Under the pieces are notes generated by a model. It was not told the origin of the DNA. It saw only the letters and a program-made list of their open reading frames with translations, and did no database searches. From Dicyema japonicum (taxonomy: Eukaryota > Animalia > Dicyemida): a DNA stretch of 64,000 nucleotides. Location of the stretch: contig RDEW01000010.1 in the NCBI GenBank assembly GCA_011109175.1, positions 789,837 to 853,836 on the forward strand, read 5' to 3'. Both the position numbers and the translations under genes were made by a program. How positions within the stretch are numbered: position 1 is the first letter of the stretch; each line of letters begins with the position of its first letter. Of this stretch, positions 63,946-64,000 are shown piece by piece.

Positions 63946-64000
63946 CTTGGAATAGAGGACAGCTCGATAGAACAGCAATAGACTTAACTAATTTTATGTT

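Overview
AT-rich eukaryotic (animal) genomic DNA. Short islands of intron-rich genes alternate with clusters of decayed transposons. Hand-splicing gives TMEM199/VMA12, cytosolic carboxypeptidase AGBL5/CCP5, LRRC43, glycogen branching enzyme GBE1, mitochondrial EF-Tu, a NudE/NDEL1 homologue, an FHA plus AT-hook protein, alpha-actinin, VPS26C/DSCR3, a minimal intronless ETS protein and at least one unidentified multi-exon gene. Nearly all introns I could place are only about 20-29 nt. An ETS domain (metazoan), the cilium-associated LRRC43 and these tiny introns best fit a dicyemid mesozoan; this is inference and was not checked by search. Intergenic DNA holds about 12 CRE-like retrotransposon fragments, R4/NeSL-like, RTE-like and Ingi/Vingi-like LINE pieces, Tc1, pogo, hAT and integrase relics, a TGT..ACA MITE and at least three dispersed SINE-like families, two with clear tRNA-like heads. 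The most interesting signal is the SINE/LINE ecosystem: a conserved multi-hairpin RNA core, copies that begin with their own family's 3' end, a covarying 3' stem shared between a SINE and a LINE, and repeated tail-to-tail insertions. Single-base homopolymer deletions in three housekeeping genes suggest long-read assembly errors, so frameshifts here are weak evidence of decay. Coordinates of TE fragments and some gene 3' ends are approximate. No CRISPR array, rRNA or intact tRNA was seen.
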